DNA of 64,000 nt. Source: Perlucidibaca sp. (GTDB lineage: Bacteria; Pseudomonadota; Gammaproteobacteria; Pseudomonadales; Moraxellaceae). Where the stretch lies: positions 32,340 to 96,339 of the forward strand of contig JAHFSA010000004.1 in assembly GCA_023265995.1 (NCBI GenBank), given 5' to 3'. The translations under genes were made by a program, and so were the position numbers. Below the pieces are notes generated by a model, which saw only the letters and a list, made by a program, of their open reading frames with translations, searched no databases and was not told the origin of the DNA. This document shows positions 9,754-18,962 of the stretch, piece by piece (the stretch's first letter is position 1; each line of letters begins with the position of its first letter).

Positions 9754-10332
9754 TCAGAGGCGGTCGTACACCACGAAGCTGTAATCCAGTCCGGTGGCCT
9801 CGTCGTGATGGCGTTCGCGACCGATCTCCTGCCATTCGGCCTGGTTCCAGACCGGGAAGAAGGCGTCGCCATCGACCTCGGTCTCGACTTCGGTGATGTA
9901 CATGCGGCTGACCAGGGGCAGCGCCTGGGCGTAGATCTCGGCGCCGCCGATGATCAGGGCCTCATCCTGGGCATTGCACACAGCCACCGCCTCCGCCAGT
10001 GCCACCGCGGCCTCCAGCGAGTGCACGACACGGGTGCCGATGGGGCCTTCCCAGGCGTGGTTGCGGGTGATGACGATGTTGGTGCGGTTGGGCAGCGGCC
10101 GTCCCAGCGAATCATAGGTGGTGCGACCCATGACGATGGCCTTGCCGCTGGTGATGCGCTTGAAGTACTGCAGGTCGGCCGGCAGGCGCCAGGGCAGCAT
10201 GTTGTCCATGCCTATGCAGCGGTTGCTGGCCATGGCCACGATCAGGGCCAGGCGCACGGTGTCGTCGGGCAGCTCGGCGTAGTCTTCGCCGTCGGTGCCG
10301 GTGAGCATGCTGGTCACGGGCTGCGGGCTCAT
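9754..10332 (-). CDS. folA: Dihydrofolate reductase with about a 27-aa N-terminal extension
   Basis: Core [63 protein letters not shown]. The ATG at 10332 overlaps the thyA stop. An alternative ATG lies at 10308. Confidence 0.92.
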   Translation of the reverse strand: MSPQPVTSMLTGTDGEDYAELPDDTVRLALIVAMASNRCIGMDNMLPWRLPADLQYFKRITSGKAIVMGRTTYDSLGRPLPNRTNIVITRNHAWEGPIGTRVVHSLEAAVALAEAVAVCNAQDEALIIGGAEIYAQALPLVSRMYITEVETEVDGDAFFPVWNQAEWQEIGRERHHDEATGLDYSFVVYDRL

Positions 10333-11123
10333 ACCGCCACCTTGCCGGCAATGTGCGGCTGCGCTTCATAGCCCTCGAGCGTGAAATCCTCGTAGCGGAA
10401 GGCGAACAGGTCCTTGATGTCGGGGTTGATGCGCATGACCGGCAGCACGCCGGGCTGGCGCGAGAGCTGCAGGTCGGCCTGCTCGACATGGTTGCTGTAG
10501 AGGTGGCAGTCGCCGCCGGTCCAGACGAAGTCGCCCGGCTGCAGGCCGCAGACCTGCGCCACCATCAGTGTCAGCAACGCGTAGGAGGCGATGTTGAAGG
10601 GCACGCCGAGGAAAATGTCGGCGGAGCGCTGGTAGAGCTGGCAGGACAACTTGCCGTCCGCCACGTAGAACTGGAACAGGGCGTGGCAGGGCGGCAGCGC
10701 CATGTCATCGACCAGCGCCGGGTTCCAGGCGCTGACGATGAGTCGGCGCGAGTCCGGGTTGCGCTTGATCATGTCCACGACCTGGCTGATCTGGTCGATG
10801 TGGCGTCCGTCCGGCGCCGGCCAGGAGCGCCACTGGTAGCCGTAGACCGGACCGAGGTCGCCGTTCTCGTCGGCCCATTCATCCCAGATGCGCACCCCGT
10901 TTTCCTTGAGGTAGCGGATGTTGGTGTCGCCCTGCAGGAACCACAGCAGTTCGTGGACGATCGACTTCAAGTGCAGCTTTTTCGTGGTCAATACCGGAAA
11001 GCCGTCGGCCAGGTTAAAGCGCATCTGATGACCGAACACCGACCAGGTGCCGGTGCCGGTGCGGTCGCCCTTGAAGGTGCCTTCGAAGCGGGCGCGGTGC
11101 AGCAGGTCGAGATACTGGCGCAT
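10329..11123 (-). CDS. thyA: Thymidylate synthase (ThyA, 264 aa)
   Basis: The C-terminal 264 codons of ORF 10329..12227 begin MRQYLDLL and are a full-length ThyA ([30 protein letters not shown]). The upstream part of that ORF is an out-of-frame overprint of lgt. Confidence 0.97.
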   Translation of the reverse strand: MRQYLDLLHRARFEGTFKGDRTGTGTWSVFGHQMRFNLADGFPVLTTKKLHLKSIVHELLWFLQGDTNIRYLKENGVRIWDEWADENGDLGPVYGYQWRSWPAPDGRHIDQISQVVDMIKRNPDSRRLIVSAWNPALVDDMALPPCHALFQFYVADGKLSCQLYQRSADIFLGVPFNIASYALLTLMVAQVCGLQPGDFVWTGGDCHLYSNHVEQADLQLSRQPGVLPVMRINPDIKDLFAFRYEDFTLEGYEAQPHIAGKVAV

Positions 11124-11125
11124 GG

Positions 11126-11926
11126 TCAGCCTCCGCGCGTCGTGCGCCGGCCGCGATAGGCCAGCAGCATGAGGATGACGCCGAGCAGGATCATCGGCAG
11201 GGTCAGCACCTGGCCCTTGGTCATCCAGTCGAAGGCGATGAAGCCCTGATCGAGGTCGGGCTCGCGGAAGAACTCGATGTTGAAGCGGGCGAGGCCGTAG
11301 CCGATCAGGAACAGTGCCGACATGGCCATGCGCGGGCGCTCCTTGAGGCTGAACAGCCAGAGCACGATGAACAGCAGCAGGCCTTCGCAGGCGGCTTCGT
11401 AGAGCTGCGACGGGTGGCGCACGAGGGCATCGACATGCGGGAAGACCATGCCGAACGGATAGTCCGGGTTGATCACCGGGCGACCCCAGAGCTCGCCGCC
11501 TATGAAGTTGCCGATGCGGCCGAAGAAGAGGCCGGGCGGCACCATGGGAGCGATGAAGTCGGTGACCTGGAACCAGGCCAGGTGATAGCGCCTGGCGAAC
11601 ACGGCCATGGCCACCAGCACGCCGATGAAGCCGCCGTGGAAGCTCATGCCGCCTTCCCACACGCGCAGCAGCCAGAGCGGGTCGTGCAGGAAGCGGTCGA
11701 AGCCGTAGAAGAAGACATAGCCCAGGCGGCCGCCGAGAATCACGCCCATGGCGCCGTAGAACACCAGGTCGGAAACCTGCTCCTCGCTCCAGCCTATGCG
11801 GCGCGCGCGCCACAGCGCCAGGCCGTAGGCGGTGGCAAAGCCGCACAGATACATGAGGCCGTACCAGTGGATCTGGAGCGGACCCAGGTGGAGGGCAACG
11901 GGATCGATCTGTGGGTAGGTCAGCAT
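11126..11926 (-). CDS. lgt: Prolipoprotein diacylglyceryl transferase
   Basis: Full-length Lgt (266 aa): [43 protein letters not shown]. Confidence 0.95.
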   Translation of the reverse strand: MLTYPQIDPVALHLGPLQIHWYGLMYLCGFATAYGLALWRARRIGWSEEQVSDLVFYGAMGVILGGRLGYVFFYGFDRFLHDPLWLLRVWEGGMSFHGGFIGVLVAMAVFARRYHLAWFQVTDFIAPMVPPGLFFGRIGNFIGGELWGRPVINPDYPFGMVFPHVDALVRHPSQLYEAACEGLLLFIVLWLFSLKERPRMAMSALFLIGYGLARFNIEFFREPDLDQGFIAFDWMTKGQVLTLPMILLGVILMLLAYRGRRTTRGG

Positions 11927-12067
11927 GGGTGCATCCGGTTTCAGGCAATCCCCGAATCATAAGCCAATCGTGCCGCCCCCGGCAGCTGATTCCGGCCTGC
12001 GACGGCGGGCTTGCCGGCACCGGCCCGGCCGCGTACAAACAGGCATCGCTTCCCTGAGTGCCCAGAC

Positions 12068-12811
12068 ATGTGCCTGATCGTCTTCCACTGGCAACCCGGC
12101 AGTGACCTGCCGCTGCAGGTCTGGGCCAACCGTGACGAGTTCCTGGCCCGCCCCGCCGCCACCACCGCCTTCTGGCCGGAGGCCCCCGAGCTGCTGGCAG
12201 GCCGTGACCTGTCGGCGGGCGGCACATGGATGGGCGTGACCCGGCACGGGCGCTTTGCTGCCCTGACCAATTTCCGCGACCCCTCGGCAGTCACCGGCAG
12301 CCGCTCGCGCGGGCTGCTGGTGGCCGACTTTCTGCGCGGCAGCGACAGTCCCGAAGCCTATGCCCGTGGCATAGAGGCCGTCAGTGGCGAGTACGGAGGA
12401 TTTTCCCTGCTGGTTTCCGATGCGGTTTCGCTCTGGTATGTCGGCAGTCGCGACCGCGCAGCCCGCGCCGTGACTCCGGGCTGGCACGGACTGTCAAATG
12501 CCGAGCTCGACAGGCCGTGGCCCAAGCTCCGGCGCCTGCTGGCTGGTGCTCAGGCGCTGCCGGCGGATGCCGAGCCCGGGCACAGCCTGGATCTGCTCGT
12601 GGATACCACGCCGGCGGCCGATGACGAGCTGCCGGATACCGGGGTCGGGCAGACCATGGAGCGCCTGCTGTCGCCGATCTGCATACGCACGCCGGCCTAC
12701 GGCACGCGCAACTCGACCTGGCTGCGCCTGGGGGGTGAGGAGATCATCTGGCAGGAGCTGGATCACAATATCGGCGAGCGCCGGGACTTCCGCTTCCCGC
12801 GTCTGTACTGA
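12068..12811 (+). CDS. NRDE-family protein (TANGO2/DUF833-like)
   Basis: Starts MCLIVFHW and contains the ANRDEF motif. The internal ATG of ORF 12011..12811 was chosen because the family begins with Met-Cys. Confidence 0.8.
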   Translation: MCLIVFHWQPGSDLPLQVWANRDEFLARPAATTAFWPEAPELLAGRDLSAGGTWMGVTRHGRFAALTNFRDPSAVTGSRSRGLLVADFLRGSDSPEAYARGIEAVSGEYGGFSLLVSDAVSLWYVGSRDRAARAVTPGWHGLSNAELDRPWPKLRRLLAGAQALPADAEPGHSLDLLVDTTPAADDELPDTGVGQTMERLLSPICIRTPAYGTRNSTWLRLGGEEIIWQELDHNIGERRDFRFPRLY

Positions 12812-12856
12812 TATCTGTACTGCGGTCGGTATTGCGGCCGCGCCGGATGGCAGCGC

Positions 12857-15166
12857 TCAGGCGCTGCGGGCGTTGCTCTGCGGACGCACCAGTTCGCTCA
12901 GGCCGAGATCGGTGAGCTCGTCCTCGACTTCGGCGCGGATGTCACTGGCCTTGTCGTAGGCGAGCACGCGTTCGAGCAGCACCTTGGCGCGCTCCATGGG
13001 CACATGGCAGATGGCCTTGCGCACCTTGAGCAGGTTGCTGGCGCTCATCGACAGCGAGTCGAAGCCCATGGCCATGAGCAGGATGGCGGTGCCGGGGTCG
13101 CCGGCCATTTCGCCGCAGATGCCGACGGTCTTGCCGACCCGGTGCACCTCGGTGACGACATAGCGCACGGCGCGCAGCACGGCCGGGTGATAGGCCGAAT
13201 AGAGATCGGCGACGCGGGCGTTGTTGCGGTCGACGGCGAGCAGATACTGCGTCAGGTCGTTGGAGCCTATGCTGATGAAGTCGGCATGCTTGGCCAGGTC
13301 GGCGATCTGGATGATGGTCGCCGGCACCTCGATCATGACGCCGATGCGCGGCAGCGAGACCTCGTATTCCTTTTCTTCCTGCAGCTCCTCGACGGCGCGA
13401 TGGATCAGCGCCACGGCATCCTCGACCTCGCTCACCGAGGTCACCATGGGCAGCAGTATCTGCAGGTTGTTCAATCCCGACGCGGCCTTGAGCATGGCGC
13501 GCACCTGCACCATGAAGATTTCCGGATGGTCGAGGGTGATGCGTATGCCGCGCCAGCCCAGTGCCGGGTTTTCCTCGTCGATGGGGAAATAGGGCAGATC
13601 CTTGTCGCCGCCGATGTCCAGCGTGCGCATGGTGACCGGCCTCGGCGCGAAGGCTTCGAGCTGCTGGCGGTAGATCTGCCGCTGCTCTTCCTCGCCGGGG
13701 AAGCGCTCGCGCAGCATGAAGGGGATTTCCGAGCGGTACAGGCCGACACCCTCGGCGCCGCGATCCTTGGCGCGCGCGACATCGGCCATGAGGCCGGTGT
13801 TCACGCACAGCGACACGGCATGACCGTCGGGCGTGATGGCTTCGCGCTGCTTGTAGGCATCGAGCCCGGTGATCAGCTGCTGCTCTTCCTTGATGATTTC
13901 CTTGTAGCGCTTGCGCAGCACGCGCGAAGGCTGCACGAAGACGCGGCCGAGATAGGCGTCGACAATCATCTCGGCGTCGTCGAGCGAGGTGATGGGCAGG
14001 TCGCTGACACCGACCACGGTCGGTATGCCCAGCGCGCGCGCGACGATGGCCATGTGCGAGTTCGCCGCACCGGTCGCCGAGACCACGCCGCAGACCTTGT
14101 CCAGCGGTGCCTCCAGCAGCATGGCGGTGGAGATGTCCTCGCCGACCAGAATGCTGTTCTCGGGGAATTCGCGGGTGTCCGCCGACTCCTGCTGCTGCAA
14201 CTGCGCGAGCAGGCGCAGACCGAGGTCGCGCACGTCCGACATGCGTTCGCGCAGATAGGGATCGTCCATGAGCGCGAAGTTCTGCATGTGCTCGTCGATG
14301 ACTTCGCGCAGGGCGCCCTGGGCCCAGTTGCCGGCCTCGATGCGTTCGGCGATCTCGCCGCCCAGCGCGTTGTCGTCGAGCATGCGCAGATAGACGTCGA
14401 AGAGCGCGCGCTCTTCCGGCATCAGGCTTTCGGCCATGCGGTCGTCGAGCGCGCGGACATCCTCGCGCACCGCTTCCAGAGCCTTGCGCAGCAGCGCCAG
14501 CTCGTCCTCGACATCCTCGACGGCGCGGTCCGGCACCTGTTCGAGGTCGGCCGGCGGATAGAGCACGACGGCACGGCCGAGGGTGACGCCATTGGCGCCG
14601 GTGATGCCCTGGAAGATCTGCGTGGTGGTGGCGCGCGAACCGCGCACGACCTCCATCTGGCCCATGACCTTGGCATGCGCGACCACGCCCGAGAGCTGGG
14701 CCGACAGCGTGACCAGGAAGGCGACCTCGCCTTCGTCGAAGCGGCGGTTCTCGCGCTGCTGCACGACCAGCACGCCGAGCACCTTGCGGCGATGCATGAT
14801 GGGCACGCCGAGGAAGGCGTTGTAGCGTTCCTCGCCGGTTTCCGGGAAATAGCGGTAGCGCGGATGCGTGGCCGCATCCTGCAGGTTGATGGGCTCCTCG
14901 CGCGAGGCGCAGAGGCCGACCAGACCCTCGTCGAAGGTCATGCTGACGATGCCGATGGACTCCGGATTGAAGCCCTCGTTGGCCATCAGCACCAGACGTT
15001 CGGTGCGCTCGTCGAGCAGATAGACCGAGCAGACCTCGGTGCCGGTGGCTTCACGCACGGAAGCGACCAGCACATCGAGTGCAGCCTGGAAGCTCGGCGC
15101 CGAGTCCACTTCCTGGACGATGCGGCGGAGAAGCTCCAGCATGCTCAGCTCGGAATTCATGGGCAT
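12857..15166 (-). CDS. ptsP: Phosphoenolpyruvate-protein phosphotransferase PtsP (EI-Ntr, GAF + EI domains)
   Basis: N-terminal GAF domain followed by PEP-utilizer domains (GGANSHMAIVARALGIPTVVG; SIGSNDLTQY). Located downstream of rppH, as in Pseudomonas and E. coli. Confidence 0.95.
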   Translation of the reverse strand: MPMNSELSMLELLRRIVQEVDSAPSFQAALDVLVASVREATGTEVCSVYLLDERTERLVLMANEGFNPESIGIVSMTFDEGLVGLCASREEPINLQDAATHPRYRYFPETGEERYNAFLGVPIMHRRKVLGVLVVQQRENRRFDEGEVAFLVTLSAQLSGVVAHAKVMGQMEVVRGSRATTTQIFQGITGANGVTLGRAVVLYPPADLEQVPDRAVEDVEDELALLRKALEAVREDVRALDDRMAESLMPEERALFDVYLRMLDDNALGGEIAERIEAGNWAQGALREVIDEHMQNFALMDDPYLRERMSDVRDLGLRLLAQLQQQESADTREFPENSILVGEDISTAMLLEAPLDKVCGVVSATGAANSHMAIVARALGIPTVVGVSDLPITSLDDAEMIVDAYLGRVFVQPSRVLRKRYKEIIKEEQQLITGLDAYKQREAITPDGHAVSLCVNTGLMADVARAKDRGAEGVGLYRSEIPFMLRERFPGEEEQRQIYRQQLEAFAPRPVTMRTLDIGGDKDLPYFPIDEENPALGWRGIRITLDHPEIFMVQVRAMLKAASGLNNLQILLPMVTSVSEVEDAVALIHRAVEELQEEKEYEVSLPRIGVMIEVPATIIQIADLAKHADFISIGSNDLTQYLLAVDRNNARVADLYSAYHPAVLRAVRYVVTEVHRVGKTVGICGEMAGDPGTAILLMAMGFDSLSMSASNLLKVRKAICHVPMERAKVLLERVLAYDKASDIRAEVEDELTDLGLSELVRPQSNARSA

Positions 15167-15170
15167 GGTG

Positions 15171-15683
15171 TCAGCCTGCCTTCATGCTGCCGACCGGCAG
15201 GCGCGGCAACAGTTCCTTGAGTGCCTTGCGGTAGACCTCGCGCTTGAACGAGACCACCTGATCAAGCGGATACCAGTAGCTGACCCAGCGCCAGCGGTCG
15301 AACTCGGCCGGCTTCTGGGTGTCCAGGCGCACGCGCGACTCGCTGCCGACGAGCTTGAGCAGGAACCACTTCTGCTTCTGGCCTATGCAGATCGGCGGCT
15401 TGTCGTTGCGTATGAAGCGACGCGGCAGGCGGTAGCGCAGCCAGCCACGCGTCTGCGCCAGGATCTTCACGTCCTGGCGTTCGAGCCCGACTTCTTCCCA
15501 AAGTTCGCGGTACATGGCTTGTTCCGGCGTCTCACCCTCCGAGATGCCACCCTGCGGGAACTGCCAGGCTTCGTGGCCATAGCGGCGCGCCCACAGCACC
15601 TGGCCCTCGTCGTTGGCCACAATGATGCCGACATTAGGTCGGAAACCATCTCCGTCAATCACAAGAGATTCCTTGAAAAACAT
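15171..15683 (-). CDS. rppH: RNA pyrophosphohydrolase RppH (NudH)
   Basis: Nudix box [28 protein letters not shown]. Size and rppH-ptsP synteny fit. Confidence 0.95.
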   Translation of the reverse strand: MFFKESLVIDGDGFRPNVGIIVANDEGQVLWARRYGHEAWQFPQGGISEGETPEQAMYRELWEEVGLERQDVKILAQTRGWLRYRLPRRFIRNDKPPICIGQKQKWFLLKLVGSESRVRLDTQKPAEFDRWRWVSYWYPLDQVVSFKREVYRKALKELLPRLPVGSMKAG

Positions 15684-15747
15684 TCAGTTATTACCGCCAT
15701 TACTACCTGACCGGGGGCGGTGGGGCAAGGCCGGGCGCGGATTTTTT

Positions 15748-15837
15748 GTTGCCAACATCCCTGATGGCAACCCTTCGGGCCGCCACTGCGCGGCGTCCAA
15801 AATGGCTCCTGGCCATTTTGTTGCTGCCGGCCATTTT
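15748..15837. repeat. Cluster of inverted and direct repeats in the rppH / HAD-hydrolase divergent intergenic region
   Basis: GTTGCCA-N10-TGGCAAC (15748-15771). CAAAATGGC-N5-GCCATTTTG (15798-15820). A further GGCCATTTT at 15829-15837, 18 bp after the copy at 15811-15819. Confidence 0.5.
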
Positions 15838-15896
15838 TTGCGCCGGGAGCGGTATCATGCCGGCCTCAACGCAACGCGAGATGGAGCGCGCGCATC

Positions 15897-16571
15897 ATGA
15901 CTCTGGCCCTGTTCGACCTCGACAACACCCTGCTGGCGGGCGACTCCGATCACGCCTGGGGCGATTTCCTGGTGGCCCGCGGCCATGTCGATGCCGAGGC
16001 CTATCGTCTCGCCAATGACCGTTTCTATGCCGACTACTGCGCCGGCACGCTGGATATCCGTGCCTTCTGCGAGTTCGTTTTCGCCGTGCTGGCGCGCAAT
16101 GATCGCGCCACCCTGGAAGCCTGGCGTGACGAGTTCATGGCCGAGTGCATAGAGCCCATGCTGCTGCCGCAGGCGCACGAGCTGCTCGCGCGGCATCGCG
16201 CGCAGGGCCACACGCTGGTCATCATCACCGCCACCAACCGTTTCGTCACCGAGCTGATCGCCCGTCGCTATGGCGTCGAGCACCTCATCGCCACCGAGCC
16301 GGAGCAGGATGGCAACGGTCGCTACACCGGCAGGCTGGCAGGCACCCCGTGCTTCCAGGACGGCAAGATCATCCGTCTGCGCGAGTGGCTGGCCGGCCGT
16401 GACGAGAGCCTCGAAGGCTCCTGGTTCTATTCGGATTCGCGCAATGATCTGGCGCTGCTGGAAGCGGTCGATCACCCGGTGGCGGTCGATGCCGACCCGA
16501 CCCTGACCGCGGTGGCGCGCGAGCGTGGCTGGCCGCTGCTCAGCCTGCGCGGCGACCGGACTGGCAGCTGA
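15897..16571 (+). CDS. HAD-IB family hydrolase (phosphoserine-phosphatase-like)
   Basis: Motif I at the N-terminus (LFDLDNTLL), followed by a cap and core typical of HAD subfamily IB. Confidence 0.85.
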   Translation: MTLALFDLDNTLLAGDSDHAWGDFLVARGHVDAEAYRLANDRFYADYCAGTLDIRAFCEFVFAVLARNDRATLEAWRDEFMAECIEPMLLPQAHELLARHRAQGHTLVIITATNRFVTELIARRYGVEHLIATEPEQDGNGRYTGRLAGTPCFQDGKIIRLREWLAGRDESLEGSWFYSDSRNDLALLEAVDHPVAVDADPTLTAVARERGWPLLSLRGDRTGS

Positions 16572-16650
16572 GGCCAGGCTCGCAGTTACAGAATCGAGAC
16601 AGATGCGCTACCCGGCCGCAACGGAAACACTGCCGCCTCTTGTGATCTAG

Positions 16651-16660
16651 TTGCATGCAA
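16651..16660. promoter_or_regulatory. 10-bp perfect palindrome TTGCATGCAA just upstream of the RBS of the small ORF
   Basis: Seen directly. It is nested in the CTCTTG...CAAGAG inverted repeat and lies 20 bp before the ATG at 16680. Confidence 0.25.
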
Positions 16661-16679
16661 GAGAAAGGAGTGTTTCACC

Positions 16680-16904
16680 ATGTCGCTTGCCATCCGGAAT
16701 TTCTTCGAGGACACCAACGCAGGTCGTCGCGCGCCGACGCCAGTGGTCGAGTCGCCGCTCTGGAATTCGCGCAAGCTGCTGCTTGGTCTCAAGGGCTGGG
16801 TGGTGTTCTATGTTCTCTGGGCCTGCATCTTCCATCAGACCCGTTTCGATCCGGCACAGCATGTCGCCGCTCCGGAAGCCGTGAGCCACGTCAGGCTGTC
16901 CTGA
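16680..16904 (+). CDS. Small hypothetical membrane protein (74 aa)
   Basis: AAAGGAG Shine-Dalgarno 8 nt upstream of the ATG. One clear TM helix (LLLGLKGWVVFYVLWACIF). Third codon positions are mostly G/C like neighbouring genes. I recognise no family. The 3' end overlaps the convergent ygfA by 14 nt. Confidence 0.45.
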   Translation: MSLAIRNFFEDTNAGRRAPTPVVESPLWNSRKLLLGLKGWVVFYVLWACIFHQTRFDPAQHVAAPEAVSHVRLS

Positions 16905-17505
16905 TCACTCCGCGCTCGGTCACGATCGCCTCCACATTCCTGTCCCAGTCTGCCACCGGCAGACTCTCCACCTGCTGACAGCCATGAGCCAGTCCGATGC
17001 AGCGCGGTCGCCGCACGCGTCGGGCCAGGTCGGCCAGCAAGCGGTCGTAATAACCCCCTCCCATGCCCAGTCTGTGCCCGTCGCGGTCAAAGCCGACCAG
17101 GGGCATGAGCAGCACGTCGAGCTGCCATGCCGGCAGCGCGCGGCCGGCGGCCGGCTCGCGAATGCCGAAACGGTTGCGGCGCCAGCCGCCACGGCCGCTC
17201 GGAGCGGGCAGGAAGCGCACACCCAGCGGGCTGTCGTCTGCGATCACGGGAAAGTAGATCCGGCAGCCGCGTGCGGCGATGCGAGTCAGCAGCGGGGCGG
17301 GATCGAGTTCGCCGTCGCAGGCCAGGTAGGCAGCGACACGGCGGGCGCGTATCAGTTCGGGTTGGCGTTGCAGATGGCTGGCGACGGCGCGGGCCGCCTG
17401 ACGCTGGCGTGCCGGATCAAGATTGCGGCGGCGCTGGCGCAGCACGCGACGCAGCTGGCGGCGTTGTGCCTGCAGGTCGGGAACGGTTGCGTGCGGGTCG
17501 AGCAA
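16891..17505 (-). CDS. ygfA: 5-formyltetrahydrofolate cyclo-ligase
   Basis: Motifs YLACDGELD and GFDRDGHRLGMGGGYYDR. It lies immediately downstream of 6S RNA as in E. coli. The annotated start is TTG at 17505 and is uncertain. Confidence 0.88.
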   Translation of the reverse strand: MLDPHATVPDLQAQRRQLRRVLRQRRRNLDPARQRQAARAVASHLQRQPELIRARRVAAYLACDGELDPAPLLTRIAARGCRIYFPVIADDSPLGVRFLPAPSGRGGWRRNRFGIREPAAGRALPAWQLDVLLMPLVGFDRDGHRLGMGGGYYDRLLADLARRVRRPRCIGLAHGCQQVESLPVADWDRNVEAIVTERGVIRTA

Positions 17506-17507
17506 GA

Positions 17508-17694
17508 AGATTTTCTCCGGAAGTGCCGCTGCCCGTCGTTTCCCTTGAACCCAGTAGGTTCAAGGGGGAGGCGGCGCTCTCATTTAAGGCTTTCCGACAG
17601 GCGGACATGCACACCACGAAAGACGAACGCATCCCGAAGGATAAAACATCGGCTCAGGGGATCTGACGAACTGGCGCACACCCCAGAGATGGCC
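17508..17694 (-). ncRNA. ssrS: 6S RNA (SsrS)
   Basis: The minus-strand transcript contains blocks shared with E. coli 6S: CCCCUGAGCCGAU, GAAAGCCUUAAAU, CCUUGAACC...GGUUCAAGGG, GCGGCACUUCCGGAGA. The 5' AUCUCUGG pairs with the 3' CCGGAGA to close the terminal stem. zapA-ssrS-ygfA synteny fits. A TATACT -10-like box lies at 17697-17702. Ends are approximate (plus or minus 5 nt). Confidence 0.88.
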
Positions 17695-17752
17695 TGAGTA
17701 TAGCCCAGCTCGCCGAGTTCGCCATTGATCTCTTGTTATAAACAGTTTCGCT

Positions 17753-18073
17753 TTAGACGAGATTGCTTTCCGCGGTTTCGGCCAGCGCATTTTCCATGCG
17801 CTTGAGCAGCGTCGCCACGTCACCGGCGCTGACCTGTTCGCCGCTGCTCTGCTGGCGCAGGGCCAGCAGCTCGTGGCTGATGTTGAGCGCGGCGATGACG
17901 GCGATGCGCTCGAGGCCCAGGACCTTGCCGCTGCCACGGATCTCGCGCATCTTGCGGTCGAGATACTGAGCCGAGCGTCGCAGGTTGTCCTGCTCGGCGG
18001 GCGGACAGGCGATCTTGTAGGCCTTGTCGAGTATGAATACGTCGAGGGTGCTGATGTCCTGGCTCATGGGCAT
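17753..18073 (-). CDS. zapA: Cell division protein ZapA
   Basis: 106 aa, with the ZapA-like N-terminus VFILDKAYKIACPPAEQDNLRRSAQYLDRKMREIR, then a coiled coil. Conserved position upstream of ssrS. Confidence 0.9.
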   Translation of the reverse strand: MPMSQDISTLDVFILDKAYKIACPPAEQDNLRRSAQYLDRKMREIRGSGKVLGLERIAVIAALNISHELLALRQQSSGEQVSAGDVATLLKRMENALAETAESNLV

Positions 18074-18089
18074 GTTCTCGTGAGTGGCA

Positions 18090-18299
18090 TCAGACCTGGG
18101 CTTCCAGAGCCTTCAGGCGGAGGATTATGGCCTCCACGCGGGCGCGGGCCAGTTCGTTCTTGCGCTGCAGATCGTCGCGTTCGTCCAGCAGTTGCTGGCG
18201 CTGGCGTTGCAGATCCTGGGTTTCCTGATGCAGCTGCCGCAAGCGTGCCAGCAAGCTGTCCACCTGGCGGCTGAGCGCCTGGTAATCCTGTTCTAGCAT
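18090..18299 (-). CDS. Small coiled-coil protein (TIGR02449 / ZapB-like family)
   Basis: The last 69 codons (MLEQDYQALSRQVDSLL...LKALEAQV) of the 738-aa ORF 18090..20306. Heptad Leu/Gln/Arg pattern. Same position upstream of zapA as in Pseudomonas. Confidence 0.7.
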   Translation of the reverse strand: MLEQDYQALSRQVDSLLARLRQLHQETQDLQRQRQQLLDERDDLQRKNELARARVEAIILRLKALEAQV

Positions 18300-18371
18300 G
18301 TCCGGTTCGCCGTAAAGGAATCCAGCGGCTACTATAGGATGTCGTGTCTGATCATGCCAAGAGGAACTACC

Positions 18372-18959
18372 ATGCAAGCCGCCGATGTCCCCAGCCTGGA
18401 GACCCTTGCCCTGGCACTCAGCCAGGCCCGGGCCGACTGCTCCGCTTCCGAGCTGCATGGCGTGCTGACCGGCCTGCTCGCGGCGGGAGCCCGCCTCAAC
18501 CGTGCGACCCTGATGAAGACGCTGGAGGCGCATGCCGATCCGGCCTCTGCCTTCCTCGACAGCGTCATTGCCGGACTCTGGCAGCTGCAGCTGAAAACGC
18601 TGGAGGATCTCGGCGACGACGAGCTGGCCTTCCAGCCCATGCTGCCCGATGACGACGATGATCTCGCCCTGCGCGTCGTGGCCCTTGGCGACTTCTGCCG
18701 TGGCCTGCTCGCCGGTTTCGGTCTCGGTGCCCAGGCCTCGCATCCGGCGCTGGCCCAGGAGACGGTGCGCGAAACCCTGCAGGATCTGGTCAACATTGCC
18801 CAGGTCGACAGCGTCGACGAGCCCGACGAGGATGGCGAGATCGCCTATGCCGAGCTGCACGAATTCGTGCGCCTGGCGGTGATCCACCTGTTCGAGGACA
18901 TGGCGCCGCGCGAAGAGCACGCCCACGATGCCGATGACCCGGCCCCGACGGTGCACTGA
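18372..18959 (+). CDS. ygfB: UPF0149 family protein YgfB
   Basis: Internal ATG (MQAADVPSLE...). ASELHGVLTGLLAAG and the acidic C-terminal half are typical of YgfB. Conserved upstream of pepP. Confidence 0.8.
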   Translation: MQAADVPSLETLALALSQARADCSASELHGVLTGLLAAGARLNRATLMKTLEAHADPASAFLDSVIAGLWQLQLKTLEDLGDDELAFQPMLPDDDDDLALRVVALGDFCRGLLAGFGLGAQASHPALAQETVRETLQDLVNIAQVDSVDEPDEDGEIAYAELHEFVRLAVIHLFEDMAPREEHAHDADDPAPTVH

Positions 18960-18962
18960 GGC

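Noticed and set aside
10329-12227. 632-aa ORF that could be read as an N-terminally extended or fused ThyA
   Set aside because: Only the last 264 codons are ThyA. The first roughly 368 codons overlap lgt in another frame and are Pro/Arg/Gly-rich nonsense. A proper ATG (MRQYLD) sits 2 nt after the lgt stop.
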